Shown here: positions 1 to 50,294 of the stretch, in pieces | Layout: every line of letters starts with the position of its first letter | Numbering within the stretch: the stretch's first letter is position 1 | Assembly: GCA_964016885.1 (NCBI GenBank) | Contig: OZ024759.1 | Span: 16,864,001 to 16,928,000 of the forward strand | DNA from: Eledone cirrhosa | Taxonomy: Eukaryota | Length of the DNA: 64,000 nucleotides | Reading direction: 5' to 3' | The notes under the pieces: generated by a model | What the model was told of the DNA's origin: nothing | Databases searched by the model: none | Seen by the model: the letters and a program-made list of their open reading frames with translations, nothing else | Position numbers and translations under genes: made by a program

Positions 1-3000
1 TCCACTTTGTTAGGTGGTTATACTAGTACTATGATGAAAAGCACTCAGTCCACTTTGTTAGGTGGTTGTACTAGTACTATGATGAAAAGTACTCAGTCCA
101 CTTTGTTAGGTGGTTATACTAGTACTATGATGAAAAGTACTCAGTCCACTTTGTTAGGTGGTTATACTAGTACTATGATGAAAAGTACTCAGTCCACTTT
201 GTTAGGTGGTTATACTAGTACTATGATGAAAAGCACTCAGTCCACTTTGTTAGGTGGTTATACTAGTACTATGATGAAAAGCACTCAGTCCACTTTGTTA
301 GGTGGTTATACTAGTACTATGATGAAAAGCACTGTCCACTTTGTTAGGTGGTTATACTAGTACTATGATGAAAAGCACTCAGTCCACTTTGTTAGGTGGT
401 TGTACTAGTACTATGATGAAAAGTACTCAGTCCACTTTGTTAGGTGGTTATACTAGTACTATGATGAAAAGTACTCAGTCCACTTTGTTAGGTGGTTATA
501 CTAGTACTATGATGAAAAGCACTGTCCACTTTGTTAGGTGGTTGTACTAGTACTATGATGAAAAGCACTCAGTCCACTTTGTTAGGTGGTTATACTAGTA
601 CTATGATGAAAAGCACTCAGTCCACTTTGTTAGGTGGTTATACTAGTACTATGATGAAAAGCACTGTCCACTTTGTTAGGTGGTTATACTAGTACTATGA
701 TGAAAAGCACTGTCCACTTTGTTAGGTGGTTATACTAGTACTATGATGAAAAGCACTCAGTCCACTTTGTTAGGTGGTTATACTAGTACTATGATGAAAA
801 GCACTCAGTCCACTTTGTTAGGTGGTTATACTAGTACTATGATGAAAAGCACTCAGTCCACTTTGTTAGGTGGTTATACTAGTACTATGATGAAAAGCAC
901 TCAGTCCACTTTGTTAGGTGGTTATACTAGTACTATGATGAAAAGCACTCAGTCCACTTTGTTAGGTGGTTGTACTAGTACTATGATGAAAAGTACTCAG
1001 TCCACTTTGTTAGGTGGTTATACTAGTACTATGATGAAAAGCACTCAGTCCACTTTGTTAGGTGGTTATACTAGTACTATGATGAAAAGTACTCAGTCCA
1101 CTTTGTTAGGTGGTTATACTAGTACTATGATGAAAAGCACTATCCACTTTGTTAGGTGGTTATACTAGTACTATGATGAAAAGCACTCAGTCCACTTTGT
1201 TAGGTGGTTATACTAGTACTATGATGAAAAGCACTCAGTCCACTTTGTTAGGTGGTTATACTAGTACTATGATGAAAAGCACTCAGTCCACTTTGTTAGG
1301 TGGTTATACTAGTACTATGATGAAAAGCACTCAGTCCACTTTGTTAGGTGGTTATACTAGTACTATGATGAAAAGCACTCAGTCCACTTTGTTAGGTGGT
1401 TATACTAGTACTATGATGAAAAGCACTCAGTCCACTTTGTTAGGTGGTTGTACTAGTACTATGATGAAAAGCACTGTCCACTTTGTTAGGTGGTTATACT
1501 AGTACTATGATGAAAAGCACTCAGTCCACTTTGTTAGGTGGTTATACTAGTACTATGATGAAAAGCACTCAGTCCACTTTGTTAGGTGGTTATACTAGTA
1601 CTATGATGAAAAGCACTCAGTCCACTTTGTTAGGTGGTTATACTAGTACTATGATGAAAAGCACTCAGTCCACTTTGTTAGGTGGTTATACTAGTACTAT
1701 GATGAAAAGCACTCAGTCCACTTTGTTAGGTGGTTGTACTAGTACTATGATGAAAAGCACTGTCCACTTTGTTAGGTGGTTATACTAGTACTATGATGAA
1801 AAGCACTCAGTCCACTTTGTTAGGTGGTTATACTAGTACTATGATGAAAAGCACTCAGTCCACTTTGTTAGGTGGTTATACTAGTACTATGATGAAAAGC
1901 ACTCAGTCCACTTTGTTAGGTGGTTATACTAGTACTATGATGAAAAGCACTGTCCACTTTGTTAGGTGGTTATACTAGTACTATGATGAAAAGCACTGTC
2001 CACTTTGTTAGGTGGTTATACTAGTACTATGATGAAAAGCACTCAGTCCACTTTGTTAGGTGGTTGTACTAGTACTATGATGAAAAGCACTCAGTCCACT
2101 TTGTTAGGTGGTTATACTAGTACTATGATGAAAAGCACTGTCCACTTTGTTAGGTGGTTATACTAGTACTATGATGAAAAGCACTCAGTCCACTTTGTTA
2201 GGTGGTTGTACTAGTACTATGATGAAAAGCACTCAGTCCACTTTGTTAGGTGGTTATACTAGTACTATGATGAAAAGCACTCAGTTCACTTTGTTAGGTG
2301 GTTATACTAGTACTATGATGAAAAGCACTCAGTCCACTTTGTTAGGTGGTTGTACTAGTACTATGATGAAAAGCACTGTCCACTTTGTTAGGTGGTTATA
2401 CTAGTACTATGATGAAAAGCACTCAGTCCACTTTGTTAGGTGGTTATACTAGTACTATGATGAAAAGCACTGTCCACTTTGTTAGGTGGTTATACTAGTA
2501 CTATGATGAAAAGCACTCAGTCCACTTTGTTAGGTGGTTATACTAGTACTATGATGAAAAGCACTGTCCACTTTGTTAGGTGGTTATACTAGTACTATGA
2601 TGAAAAGCACTGTCCACTTTGTTAGGTGGTTATACTAGTACTATGATGAAAAGCACTGTCCACTTTGTTAGGTGGTTATACTAGTACTATGATGAAAAGC
2701 ACTGTCCACTTTGTTAGGTGGTTATACTAGTACTATGATGAAAAGCACTCAGTCCACTTTGTTAGGTGGTTATACTAGTACTATGATGAAAAGCACTCAG
2801 TCCACTTTGTTAGGTGGTTGTACTAGTACTATGATGAAAAGCACTCAGTCCACTTTGTTAGGTGGTTGTACTAGTACTATGATGAAAAGCACTCAGTCCA
2901 CTTTGTTAGGTGGTTATACTAGTACTATGATGAAAAGCACTCAGTCCACTTTGTTAGGTGGTTATACTAGTACTATGATGAAAAGCACTCAGTCCACTTT

Positions 3001-6000
3001 GTTAGGTGGTTATACTAGTACTATGATGAAAAGCACTCAGTCCACTTTGTTAGGTGGTTGTACTAGTACTATGATGAAAAGCACTGTCCACTTTGTTAGG
3101 TGGTTATACTAGTACTATGATGAAAAGCACTGTCCACTTTGTTAGGTGGTTATACTAGTACTATGATGAAAAGCACTGTCCACTTTGTTAGGTGGTTATA
3201 CTAGTACTATGATGAAAAGCACTGTCCACTTTGTTAGGTGGTTATACTAGTACTATGATGAAAAGCACTCAGTCCACTTTGTTAGGTGGTTATACTAGTA
3301 CTATGATGAAAAGCACTCAGTCCACTTTGTTAGGTGGTTGTACTAGTACTATGATGAAAAGCACTCAGTCCACTTTGTTAGGTGGTTGTACTAGTACTAT
3401 GATGAAAAGCACTGTCCACTTTGTTAGGTGGTTATACTAGTACTATGATGAAAAGCACTGTCCACTTTGTTAGGTGGTTATACTAGTACTATGATGAAAA
3501 GCACTGTCCACTTTGTTAGGTGGTTATACTAGTACTATGATGAAAAGCACTGTCCATTTTGTTAGGTGGTTATACTAGTACTATGATGAAAAGCACTCAG
3601 TCCACTTTGTTAGGTGGTTATACTAGTACTATGATGAAAAGCACTGTCCACTTTGTTAGGTGGTTATACTAGTACTATGATGAAAAGCACTCAGTCCACT
3701 TTGTTAGGTGGTTATACTAGTACTATGATGAAAAGCACTGTCCACTTTGTTAGGTGGTTATACTAGTACTATGATGAAAAGCACTGTCCACTTTGTTAGG
3801 TGGTTATACTAGTACTATGATGAAAAGCACTGTCCACTTTGTTAGGTGGTTATACTAGTACTATGATGAAAAGCACTCAGTCCACTTTGTTAGGTGGTTA
3901 TACTAGTACTATGATGAAAAGCACTCAGTCCACTTTGTTAGGTGGTTATACTAGTACTATGATGAAAAGCACTCAGTCCACTTTGTTAGGTGGTTATACT
4001 AGTACTATGATGAAAAGCACTGTCCACTTTGTTAGGTGGTTATACTAGTACTATGATGAAAAGCACTGTCCACTTTGTTAGGTGGTTATACTAGTACTAT
4101 GATGAAAAGCACTCAGTCCACTTTGTTAGGTGGTTATACTAGTACTATGATGAAAAGCACTGTCCACTTTGTTAGGTGGTTGTACTAGTACTATGATGAA
4201 AAGCACTGTCCACTTTGTTAGGTGGTTATACTAGTACTATGATGAAAAGCACTGTCCACTTTGTTAGGTGGTTATACTAGTACTATGATGAAAAGCACTC
4301 AGTCCACTTTGTTAGGTGGTTATACTAGTACTATGATGAAAAGCACTCAGTCCACTTTTTTAGGTGGTTGTACTAGTACTATGATGAAAAGCACTGTCCA
4401 CTTTGTTAGGTGGTTATACTAGTACTATGATGAAAAGCACTCAGTCCACTTTGTTAGGTGGTTATACTAGTACTATGATGAAAAGCACTGTCCACTTTGT
4501 TAGGTGGTTATACTAGTACTATGATGAAAAGCACTCAGTCCACTTTGTTAGGTGGTTATACTAGTACTATGATGAAAAGCACTGTCCACTTTGTTAGGTG
4601 GTTATACTAGTACTATGATGAAAAGCACTGTCCACTTTGTTAGGTGGTTATACTAGTACTATGATGAAAAGCACTGTCCACTTTGTTAGGTGGTTATACT
4701 AGTACTATGATGAAAAGCACTGTCCACTTTGTTAGGTGGTTATACTAGTACTATGATGAAAAGCACTCAGTCCACTTTGTTAGGTGGTTATACTAGTACT
4801 ATGATGAAAAGCACTGTCCACTTTGTTAGGTGGTTATACTAGTACTATGATGAAAAGCACTGTCCACTTTGTTAGGTGGTTATACTAGTACTATGATGAA
4901 AAGCACTGTCCACTTTGTTAGGTGGTTATACTAGTACTATGATGAAAAGCACTGTCCACTTTGTTAGGTGGTTATACTAGTACTATGATGAAAAGCACTC
5001 AGTTCACTTTGTTAGGTGGTTATACTAGTACTATGATGAAAAGCACTCAGTCCACTTTGTTAGGTGGTTATACTAGTACTATGATGAAAAGCACTGTCCA
5101 CTTTGTTAGGTGGTTATACTAGTACTATGATGAAAAGCACTCAGTCCACTTTGTTAGGTGGTTATACTAGTACTATGATGAAAAGCACTCAGTCCACTTT
5201 GTTAGGTGGTTATACTAGTACTATGATGAAAAGCACTCAGTTCACTTTGTTAGGTGGTTATACTAGTACTATGATGAAAAGCACTCAGTCCACTTTGTTA
5301 GGTGGTTATACTAGTACTATGATGAAAAGCACTCAGTCCACTTTGTTAGGTGGTTATACCAGTACTATGATGAAAAGCACTGTCCACTTTGTTAGGTGGT
5401 TATACTAGTACTATGATGAAAAGCACTCAGTCCACTTTGTTAGGTGGTTATACTAGTACTATGATGAAAAGCACTCAGTCCACTTTGTTAGGTGGTTATA
5501 CTAGTACTATGATGAAAAGCACTCAGTTCACTTTGTTAGGTGGTTATACTAGTACTATGATGAAAAGCACTCAGTCCACTTTGTTAGGTGGTTATACTAG
5601 TACTATGATGAAAAGCACTGTCCACTTTGTTAGGTGGTTATACTAGTACTATGATGAAAAGCACTGTCCACTTTGTTAGGTGGTTATACTAGTACTATGA
5701 TGAAAAGCACTGTCCACTTTGTTAGGTGGTTATACTAGTACTATGATGAAAAGCACTCAGTCCACTTTGTTAGGTGGTTATACTAGTACTATGATGAAAA
5801 GCACTCAGTCCACTTTGTTAGGTGGTTATACTAGTACTATGATGAAAAGCACTCAGTTCACTTTGTTAGGTGGTTATACTAGTACTATGATGAAAAGCAC
5901 TCAGTCCACTTTGTTAGGTGGTTATACTAGTACTATGATGAAAAGCACTGTCCACTTTGTTAGGTGGTTATACTAGTACTATGATGAAAAGCACTCAGTC

Positions 6001-7130
6001 CACTTTGTTAGGTGGTTATACTAGTACTATGATGAAAAGCACTGTCCACTTTGTTAGGTGGTTATACTAGTACTATGATGAAAAGCACTCAGTCCACTTT
6101 GTTAGGTGGTTATACTAGTACTATGATGAAAAGCACTGTCCACTTTGTTAGGTGGTTATACTAGTACTATGATGAAAAGCACTCAGTCCACTTTGTTAGG
6201 TGGTTATACTAGTACTATGATGAAAAGCACTCAGTCCACTTTGTTAGGTGGTTATACTAGTACTATGATGAAAAGCACTCAGTCCACTTTGTTAGGTGGT
6301 TATACTAGTACATGATGAAAAGCACTCAGTCCACTTTGTTAGGTGGTTATACTAGTACTATGATGAAAAGCACTCAGTCCACTTTGTTAGGTGGTTATAC
6401 TAGTACTATGATGAAAAGCACTCAGTCCACTTTGTTAGGTGGTTATACTAGTACTATGATGAAAAGCACTGTCCACTTTGTTAGGTGGTTATACTAGTAC
6501 TATGATGAAAAACACTGTCCACTTTGTTAGGTGGTTATACTAGTACTATGATGAAAAGCACTGTCCACTTTGTTAGGTGGTTATACCAGTACTATGATGA
6601 AAAGCACTCAGTCCACTTTGTTAGGTGGTTATACTAGTACTATGATGAAAAGCACTCAGTCCACTTTGTTAGGTGGTTATACTAGTACTATGATGAAAAG
6701 CACTCAGTCCACTTTGTTAGGTGGTTATACTAGTACTATGATGAAAAGCACTCAGTCCACTTTGTTAGGTGGTTATACTAGTACTATGATGAAAAGCACT
6801 GTCCACTTTGTTAGGTGGTTATACTAGTACTATGATGAAAAGCACTGTCCACTTTGTTAGGTGGTTATACCAGTACTATGATGAAAAGCACTCAGTCCAC
6901 TTTGTTAGGTGGTTATACTAGTACTATGATGAAAAGCACTGTCCACTTTGTTAGGTGGTTATACTAGTACTATGATGAAAAGCACTGTCCACTTTGTTAG
7001 GTGGTTATACTAGTACTATGATGAAAAGCACTGTCCACTTTGTTAGGTGGTTATACCAGTACTATGATGAAAAGCACTCAGTCCACTTTGTTAGGTGGTT
7101 ATACTAGTACTATGACAAAAAGCACCCAGT
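1..7130. repeat. Tandem satellite, 48-bp unit TCCACTTTGTTAGGTGGTTATACTAGTACTATGATGAAAAGCACTCAG plus a 46-bp variant lacking CA; about 150 copies, runs off the left edge of the window
   Basis: Repeat is directly visible. It degrades at 7110-7260 into AAAAAGCACCCAG-type units like those inside local SINEs. Confidence 0.98.
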
Positions 7131-7339
7131 CTATCTTTTAAGGCTGTCCTGTTGATACCATAAAAAAAAAATAAAGCACCCCATCCACCCTGTAATGTGT
7201 TTGTGTTGATGCAAGACAAAAAAAGCACCCAGCTCACCCTGTATAGTAGTAGTGGTGGTAGATTTCTACACTCTAGCCACCAGTATTGAGTGCTCATTCA
7301 GTTAAGGTTTGAATCTTTTTAAATACTACAGTATTTTAA

Positions 7340-7516
7340 CCCTTTAGCATTTAAACGAGCCGTAACCGGTTGCTCATATTGATGTTAGTGTATTTTTCAC
7401 AAAATAAACAATATCAAATTCTCATAGATTCGATATTATGTGAGATAATTATTTGAAATAAAGTGTTTACCATAAAAACACAATAGTATATATAGAGTAA
7501 TGTAAATGCTAAAGGG
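7340..7516. mobile_element. piggyBac-like MITE (TIR CCCTTTAGCATT, TTAA flanks); related copies at about 9995-10211, 22598-22793, 30081-30297, 39904-40092, 40230-40436, 52100-52305 and 53892-54101
   Basis: ttaa|CCCTTTAGCATTT...AAATGCTAAAGGG|ttaa with a shared internal CTCATAGATTCGATATTATGTGAG. TTAA TSD plus CCC termini are piggyBac hallmarks. Confidence 0.8.
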
Positions 7517-7987
7517 TTAAACATGTCATCATCGTAATTTTTATGTTGACTTTTCCATACTGGCATGGGTTGGATGGGAATTTTTGAGGCAGGCTAGGAT
7601 ATGGTGTACTTATTCTAAACTGGATATATATCTATCCAATCCAATCTAATCCCTTCTCACTCCTGTTGGAGGAACCCCTTTTTGGTTGACTTCCATCACT
7701 TTCTGTTTGGTTTTAGTCATGTCAAGGGTGTAGCTGTACTTAGTCAAGGGTGTAGCTGTACTTACTGTCCATGGTCAATTGCGGGTTGGTGAAAAGTTGT
7801 TTATCTACCCTTTTAACAGCTCTTGTTTTATGTACTGCTGGAGTTCCACCTACACTGCTTGCCAAACCTGGGTCTAGTGGGGGAGCTGGTTTAGTCAGCA
7901 ACCACTCAACCATGAAACAGGTTGTACTGGGCTACATGGTAGCAGGCAGAAACCTGTCCTGATACATAGCTATATATATATATATAG

Positions 7988-8046
<59 letters not shown>

Positions 8047-9180
8047 AGTGGAAGCTTAGTAAAATCGAAGCTTTGGCTGTGGCCAAGCAAAGTCGACCTA
8101 CAATAAGGAATGAGTAGCAAAGCACTCAATAAGGGTAGGTCCTTAGAGTAATAACTGTTTCTACTTTTTGGCACAAGGCCAGCAATTAAATCAGTGTATT
8201 ACTGGTACTTTATTTTATCGACCCCCGTAAGGATGAAAGGCAAAGTTAACCTCGGCGCGATTTGAAACGTTTAAATAGGTTGACAAATTGAAAATTGCAG
8301 TAGGAAAAACCCAACGGTTGGGTTTTTCCTACCGCAATCGATTAATGTCTTATCATCATCATCATCATCATCATTTTACGTCCGCTTTTCCCTGCTTGCA
8401 AGGGTGGGACGGGAACTGATTCTGGCTTGATTTCTACAGCTGGATGCCCTTCCTAACACCAACCTCATTTACAATGTTTTTCTATTAACCTGTATATATA
8501 AAACTCTGTGGATTACCCATCTTCTTTTTCATCAATCCATAGCTGGTGATTGGGGGAGGCTACATATATATATATCATCATCATCATCGTTCATTTTCCA
8601 TGCTAGCATGGGTAGGATAGGAGAAAATCAGGTCAGAGGGTCGTGTTTTGCTCACCTGAGGCTGATTTTGGCTTGGTTTCTACAGCTGGATGTCCTTCCT
8701 AACGCCTACCACATTTATATATCATCATCATCTAATGTCCATCTTCCACGCTAGCATGAGTGAGACGGGAGTTGTGCCACTTGGGGCAAGGTTGGTCGGG
8801 TGACCGTGTCTCGCTCATATAGGACTATCTGGCAGGCTTTCTACGGCTGGATGCCCTTCCTAACACCAACCACATTTACAGTGTGGAATATATATATAAT
8901 GAGGTTGGTGTTAGGAAGGGCATCCAGCCATAGAAATCAAGCCAGATCAGTTCCTGTATGAGCAAGGCATGGTCAGCCGACCAGACACTGCACACAACAG
9001 GACAACCCGTCTAACCCATGCTAGCATGGAAGAACGGACGTAAAACGGTGATGATGATGATGATATGTATATCATCATCATCATCACCATTAAACATCCA
9101 TCTTCCACACGAGCATGGGTTAGACGGTTTTGTTCCACTTGATGCGGGAATGGTCGGGAGCCTGTATCTTGCTTGTACAG

Positions 9181-9220
<40 letters not shown>

Positions 9221-9223
<3 letters not shown>

Positions 9224-9520
9224 TGGTTAGAGCATTGGCCTTGCAATCGAAAGGTTGTGAGTTCAATTCTCAGACCGAGTGATGTGTTGTTTCCTTGAGC
9301 AAGACACTTTATTTCACATTGCTCCAGTTTACTCAGCTGTAGAAATGAGATGATAGGGACTTGCAAAGTGGTTGTGGAGGTGCCACGGCAAAACAGCACT
9401 CACTGTAAATGAGGTTGGTGTTAGGAAGGGCATCCAGCTGTAGAAATCAAGCCAGAATCGGTTCCCGTCCCACCCTTGCAAGCAGGGAAAAGCGGACGTA
9501 AAATGATGATGATGATGATG
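9221..9520 (+). mobile_element. tRNA-derived SINE family A copy (CORE-like CCTTGAGCAAGACACTT, RTE-like tail ending in (ATG)n)
   Basis: A/B-box-like TAGTGGTTAG...GAGTTCAATTC; near-identical to other copies in the window. Confidence 0.85.
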
Positions 9521-9552
<32 letters not shown>

Positions 9553-9828
9553 AGGGAAGAAGCTTTTATTTTCTATTATGCTGCATTTCAGAGGCGATGA
9601 ATAGCTTAATAGCTTCTTGTTCACTGCGTCACTAGTTAGATAGGTGGAAAAGAATATATATATATATATCCTGTCCTACTCATGCTAGCATGGAAGATGG
9701 ACGTTAAACGACGGCGATGATGATGATATATATCTTCTTTTCCAGCTCTCTCTATCTCGCTCACCTTAACCCATTCACTTTCATTTATACTCATGTATTC
9801 TTTCTCTCTCTCCTTCTCTCACACGCAG

Positions 9829-45202
<35,374 letters not shown>

Positions 45203-45494
45203 CATGAACGCACCACCACCACCAACAACACTACCACCACCAACAACACCACCACCACCACCAACAACAACAACACCACCAACAACAACAACACCAGCAC
45301 CACCAACAACACCAACACCACCACCAACAACAGTACCACCAACAACAACAACAGCATCATCACCACCAACAACAGTTCTGTTGATAGTTTGTAAATTTCC
45401 ATTCTGATGGGGTTTTTTTTTTTTTTCCTTTTCTGTATAAAGTCCTTCTCCTTCTCCTCCTCCTCCTCCTCCTCCTCGCCTGTCATAGACATGA

Positions 45495-46265
45495 CACATA
45501 TCACACACACACACATATATCACACACACACACATACATATATCACACACACACACACATACATATATCACACACACACACATACATATATCACACACAC
45601 ACACACATACATATATCACACACACACACACACATACATATATCACACACACACATACATATATCACACACACACACATACATATATCACACACACACAC
45701 ATACATATATCACACACACACACACATACATATATCACACACACACACACACATACATATATCACACACACACATACATATATCACACACACACACATAC
45801 ATATATCACACACACACATACATATATCACACACACACACATACATATATCACACACATATATCACACACACACATACACACATACATATATCACACACA
45901 CACACACACATACATATATCACACACACACACACATACATATATCACACACACACACACATACATATATCACACACACACATATATCACACACACACACA
46001 TACATATATCACACACACACACATATATCACACACACACATACATATATCACACACACACACATACATATCACACACACATATCACACACACACACACAC
46101 ACATATATCACACACACACATATATCATACATATATCACACACACACACACATCACACACACACACACATATATCACACTCACACATCACACACACGCAT
46201 ATCACACACACACACTCACACCCGCATATCACACACACACTCGCATATCAAACACACACACACAT
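45495..46265. repeat. Compound (CA)n/TATCA microsatellite in the probable 3' UTR
   Basis: Direct observation. Confidence 0.93.
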
Positions 46266-46276
46266 AGATGTATGTA

Positions 46277-46310
<34 letters not shown>

Positions 46311-46536
46311 AAACACACACATATCGAATACACACATACATACATTATATATATACACATACAAACATATATATAAATGTGTGTATATATATATATATAA
46401 CAAACGCACACACATATATCAAACACACAGCAAATACACATACATACCTACATACATGTATGTGTGTATATATATATGTATGTATGTAGGTATGTATGTG
46501 TATTTGCTGTGTGTTTGATATATGTGTGTGCGTTTG

Positions 46537-46572
<36 letters not shown>

Positions 46573-48002
46573 TTATATATATAACGAAGGGGGGGATTGG
46601 CAGTATCGGTAGAGAGTCGGACGCCATGCTTTGACGCATAGAGTTACGGCCCTTGCCATTCTGAGTTCAAATCCCGCCGAGGTTAACTTTGCCTTTCATC
46701 CTTACGGGGTCGATAAAATAAAGTACCAGTAACGCACTGGGTAATTGCTGGCCTTGTGCCAAAAGTAGACACAAATATATATATATATATATAACATACA
46801 TACATACACAGGATGTCTGCATAATTTTCCTTGATTTGGGTAGAAGATAAGATGATACTAGTCAATTGGTAGAAAAAACACAAAATACTAAAAGGTTTCC
46901 CATCTGTTATTAATTTTAATTACAGTTGAACATAATTATATAATGAATTAATTAATTACTCTTTAATTAAAAGAAAATAACAAGAATTTCAGTTTCGACT
47001 TTCAAGAAAGGGAGACCCATGATATATGAACTGGGGTTGTTAAGATGGACTAAATAAAGTTCTTGAAAGTGGGGGCCCCAGCATGGCCTTAGTCGACTGA
47101 CTGGATTAAGTACTGGGGGTTGATATGATGGACTGCAAATTTTGAATGTGGTGCCCCAGCATGGCGTCTGTCCAGTTGGCCGAAATAAGCCCTTGGGGTC
47201 GATATGATGAACTAGGAACTTTGAATGTGGTGCCCAAGCATGGCCACTGACCAGTTGGCCAAAGTAAGCCCTTTGGGTTGAGATGATTGACTAAATATCT
47301 TTGTATAGGGTGGGGTGCTCCCACGTGCCAGCAGTCTAGTGATTGAAATAAGAGCATGGGTCAATATTATTGACTAAAATATTTGCATGGGGTGCCGCAA
47401 CATGGCCAAAGTCCAGTGACTGTATCCAGAGAAAAAGTAATAAAGTGATGTAAATGCCTTAGTGGTTAAGGCACTGGACTGACAATCATAAAGTTTTTAG
47501 GTTCAATTCTTGGAGTGGACAGTGTGTTGTGGTTTTGAGGAAGATACATCACTGTATATTGCTTTTAAAGGGAGGACTGGGGGCCTCGTATCCTTAATAC
47601 ATCCGGGATAACTCCTGAAGATATCTCCTTTGCGGTGTAACCTTGTAAGAGACCAGTTAAGTCTATTTACTCTCGGGTCTCGAATAACCTACTTATTAAT
47701 TTTTCAGATTATTTGGGGGCCAAGAGTACATGTGAGCTGTGAATTTCATTTTTTTTTTTTTTTTTGTAGGGGTGGTTTTCATTATAATACTGAGGTGGTT
47801 TTTAACTTTACCCCCAAATTGTATAGAAATTTCCAGGCACCCTGTGCGCACACACACACAGACAAACACATACTTAAACAACTTTTACTATATATTTTCT
47901 TTATATCACCATCATCATCATTGTCATATCATCATCATTGTCATCATAGCTTTTGGTTGCATGTGTATATATATGTATGCATGTCAGAGTCAATGTATGT
48001 GA

Positions 48003-48046
<44 letters not shown>

Positions 48047-48232
48047 GTGTGTGTATGTAGATCAATATGTGTATGCGATTATGATTATATACGTGATATA
48101 TATATATATATTAGTCAGTATGTGTGTGTGTAAAAAAAAATATATATGTGTGTGTGTGTGTGCAGGTAAACCAGTATGTGTATGGGTTTATGAATATGTG
48201 TGAGTGAGATGTATGGGTTTATGAATATATGT

Positions 48233-48278
<46 letters not shown>

Positions 48279-48954
48279 CGTGTGTGAGAGTCAGTATATG
48301 TATATTTATATATATATGTGTGTGTATCTGTTTCTTACCTTTGAATATGATTTTTGTTTATTTTTCCACCATCCTATCACCTTTCTTCCCCCTTTAATGT
48401 TTCTTACATCACTCCTATATTTACTTCTCCCTCGTTCTCTCTTTATCTACATATCCTTCTTTTCTCTCTTTCTTTCTTTCTTTATATATATATATATATA
48501 TACTGTAGTAAAAGTTTGGTAGAAATATCCAAGGGTCAGAGCATGCAGTCCATAGACGAGTTTAGTATAAATATTTACAACAGTGATATAAACAGGTTCT
48601 TATGTTTCATTGGGTTCTAGACCCCAACTAATTCAGCCATAATAAAAAATAAATGAATGAGTTGGGGTGTCCAGAACCCAATGCAAACTTAAGTACCTGT
48701 TTATGTCACTATTATAATTGTATATATATGAAATAGAAATAGAGCTTTTGTTGTATTTTTGACTAAAGACATTTTAGCCTGATAGTGGGGTTTAAAACCC
48801 TCTAAAAAATGGAAAAGGATGAGTATTAACCTTTTCCATTTTTAGAGGGTTCTAAACCCCACTATCACGCTAAAATTTCCTTAGTCAAAAATACAGCAAA
48901 AGCTTGTAATACTATTTCAAGCTTCGCTAGCTGTTTCAAAACAAACTTACTTTT

Positions 48955-49014
<60 letters not shown>

Positions 49015-49983
49015 TAACTATCTATCTTTCTGTCTATCTATCTATTTGTCTGTCTTTCTATTTATTTATTGAATCCTTCTCCCTACAATCAATAACACAC
49101 ACAGACAAGCATCAACATACATGCATTATGTGTGTATATATACATGTGTGTGTATATGTATACACTTGAAAGTACACATTCCCAATGTAAACTGAATTTT
49201 TTTTAATGTTGTATACACACTATCATCCATATATGTGTGTGTGTAGACCCACATGATAGTATCAATCAGAACAACTGAGTTAAACATTGTGAAATGTTGT
49301 AGTGATCATATTCTTAAGGATTATTACTGTTATGTTGTTATATTTATAAATAGAAAGGAGTTAGACCTTTTGTGGTCAATTCTTAGTTTTCTAGCACTGC
49401 TCCAGCCTGGTCTTGGTGGTCTGGGGCCAATTCTTAGTTTTCTAGACATGTTGACATAGAAAAATCACTGCTCCAGCTTGGTCTTTGTGGTCTGTGGTCA
49501 ATATTTAGTTTTCCAGACATGTTGACTTAGAAAAGCACTGCTCCAGTCTGGTCTTGGTGGTTGTGAGGGCTCTAAAGCAAACATAGAAAACCTAAAGAAA
49601 CATTTTAGATGTAGATAAAGTGGAAGAAAGGGCCCTTATTTGTTTCTATTCTTGCATATTTCTGTGGATAGGGAGGTTCCTGTTTGTTTGGTTTCATATT
49701 TTGAATTTCATTATTTACTGGCAGTATCGGTAGAGGGTTGACGCATAGAGTTACGGCCCTTGCCATTCTGAGTTCAAATCCCGCCAAGGTTAACTTTGCC
49801 TTTCATCCTTACGGGGGTCGATAAAATAAAGTACCAGTAATGCACTGGGATAATTGCTGGCCTTGTGCCAAAAGTAGAAACAATTATTTACCAAGCAAAA
49901 TTATTTTAATTAAAATAATTAATAAAGGTAGCAATATTTGATTTTTTTTTTTAGTTATTTATTATGTGTTTTTTTTAAATATA

Positions 49984-50294
49984 CAGTAGCCCCCCAGTAT
50001 TTGCAGGGGTTATGTTCCTAGAGCACTCGCGAATATTGGACGTGGTCTATAAAAATGCCTATAAAAGTCAAAATATAACGTAAAATATGGGCCAGCAAAT
50101 ATGGTGTATTGCTATTAATAATTTAGCGCTAAAATGCGTGAAAAAATATATATTGCCACAAAAAATTCCATTAAAAAATCGCGGAACATATTTATGATTC
50201 CGTGAATATGCGGTGGTTTCCATGGACAATTATTAGTTGGGTTCTATGGAAAATTCCATGAATAACTGGGACTGCGGATGCCAGGTGTACACTG
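49984..50294. mobile_element. Degenerate Tigger/pogo-like MITE
   Basis: ta|CAGTAGCCCCC..TATTTGCAGGGGTTATGTTCC start and a degenerate ...GCGGATGCCAGGTGTACACTG end. Confidence 0.55.

Noticed and set aside
7-6827. Repetitive ORFs (MLGGYTSTMMKSTQSTL...)
   Set aside because: Translations of a 48-bp satellite, broken by 46-bp units; no evidence of coding.
1-7130. CRISPR-like array
   Set aside because: Units are contiguous with no unique spacers, there are no cas genes, and the context is eukaryotic.
47606-47660. CTGAAGA as a hammerhead core
   Set aside because: No downstream GAAA, stem III or stem I partner.
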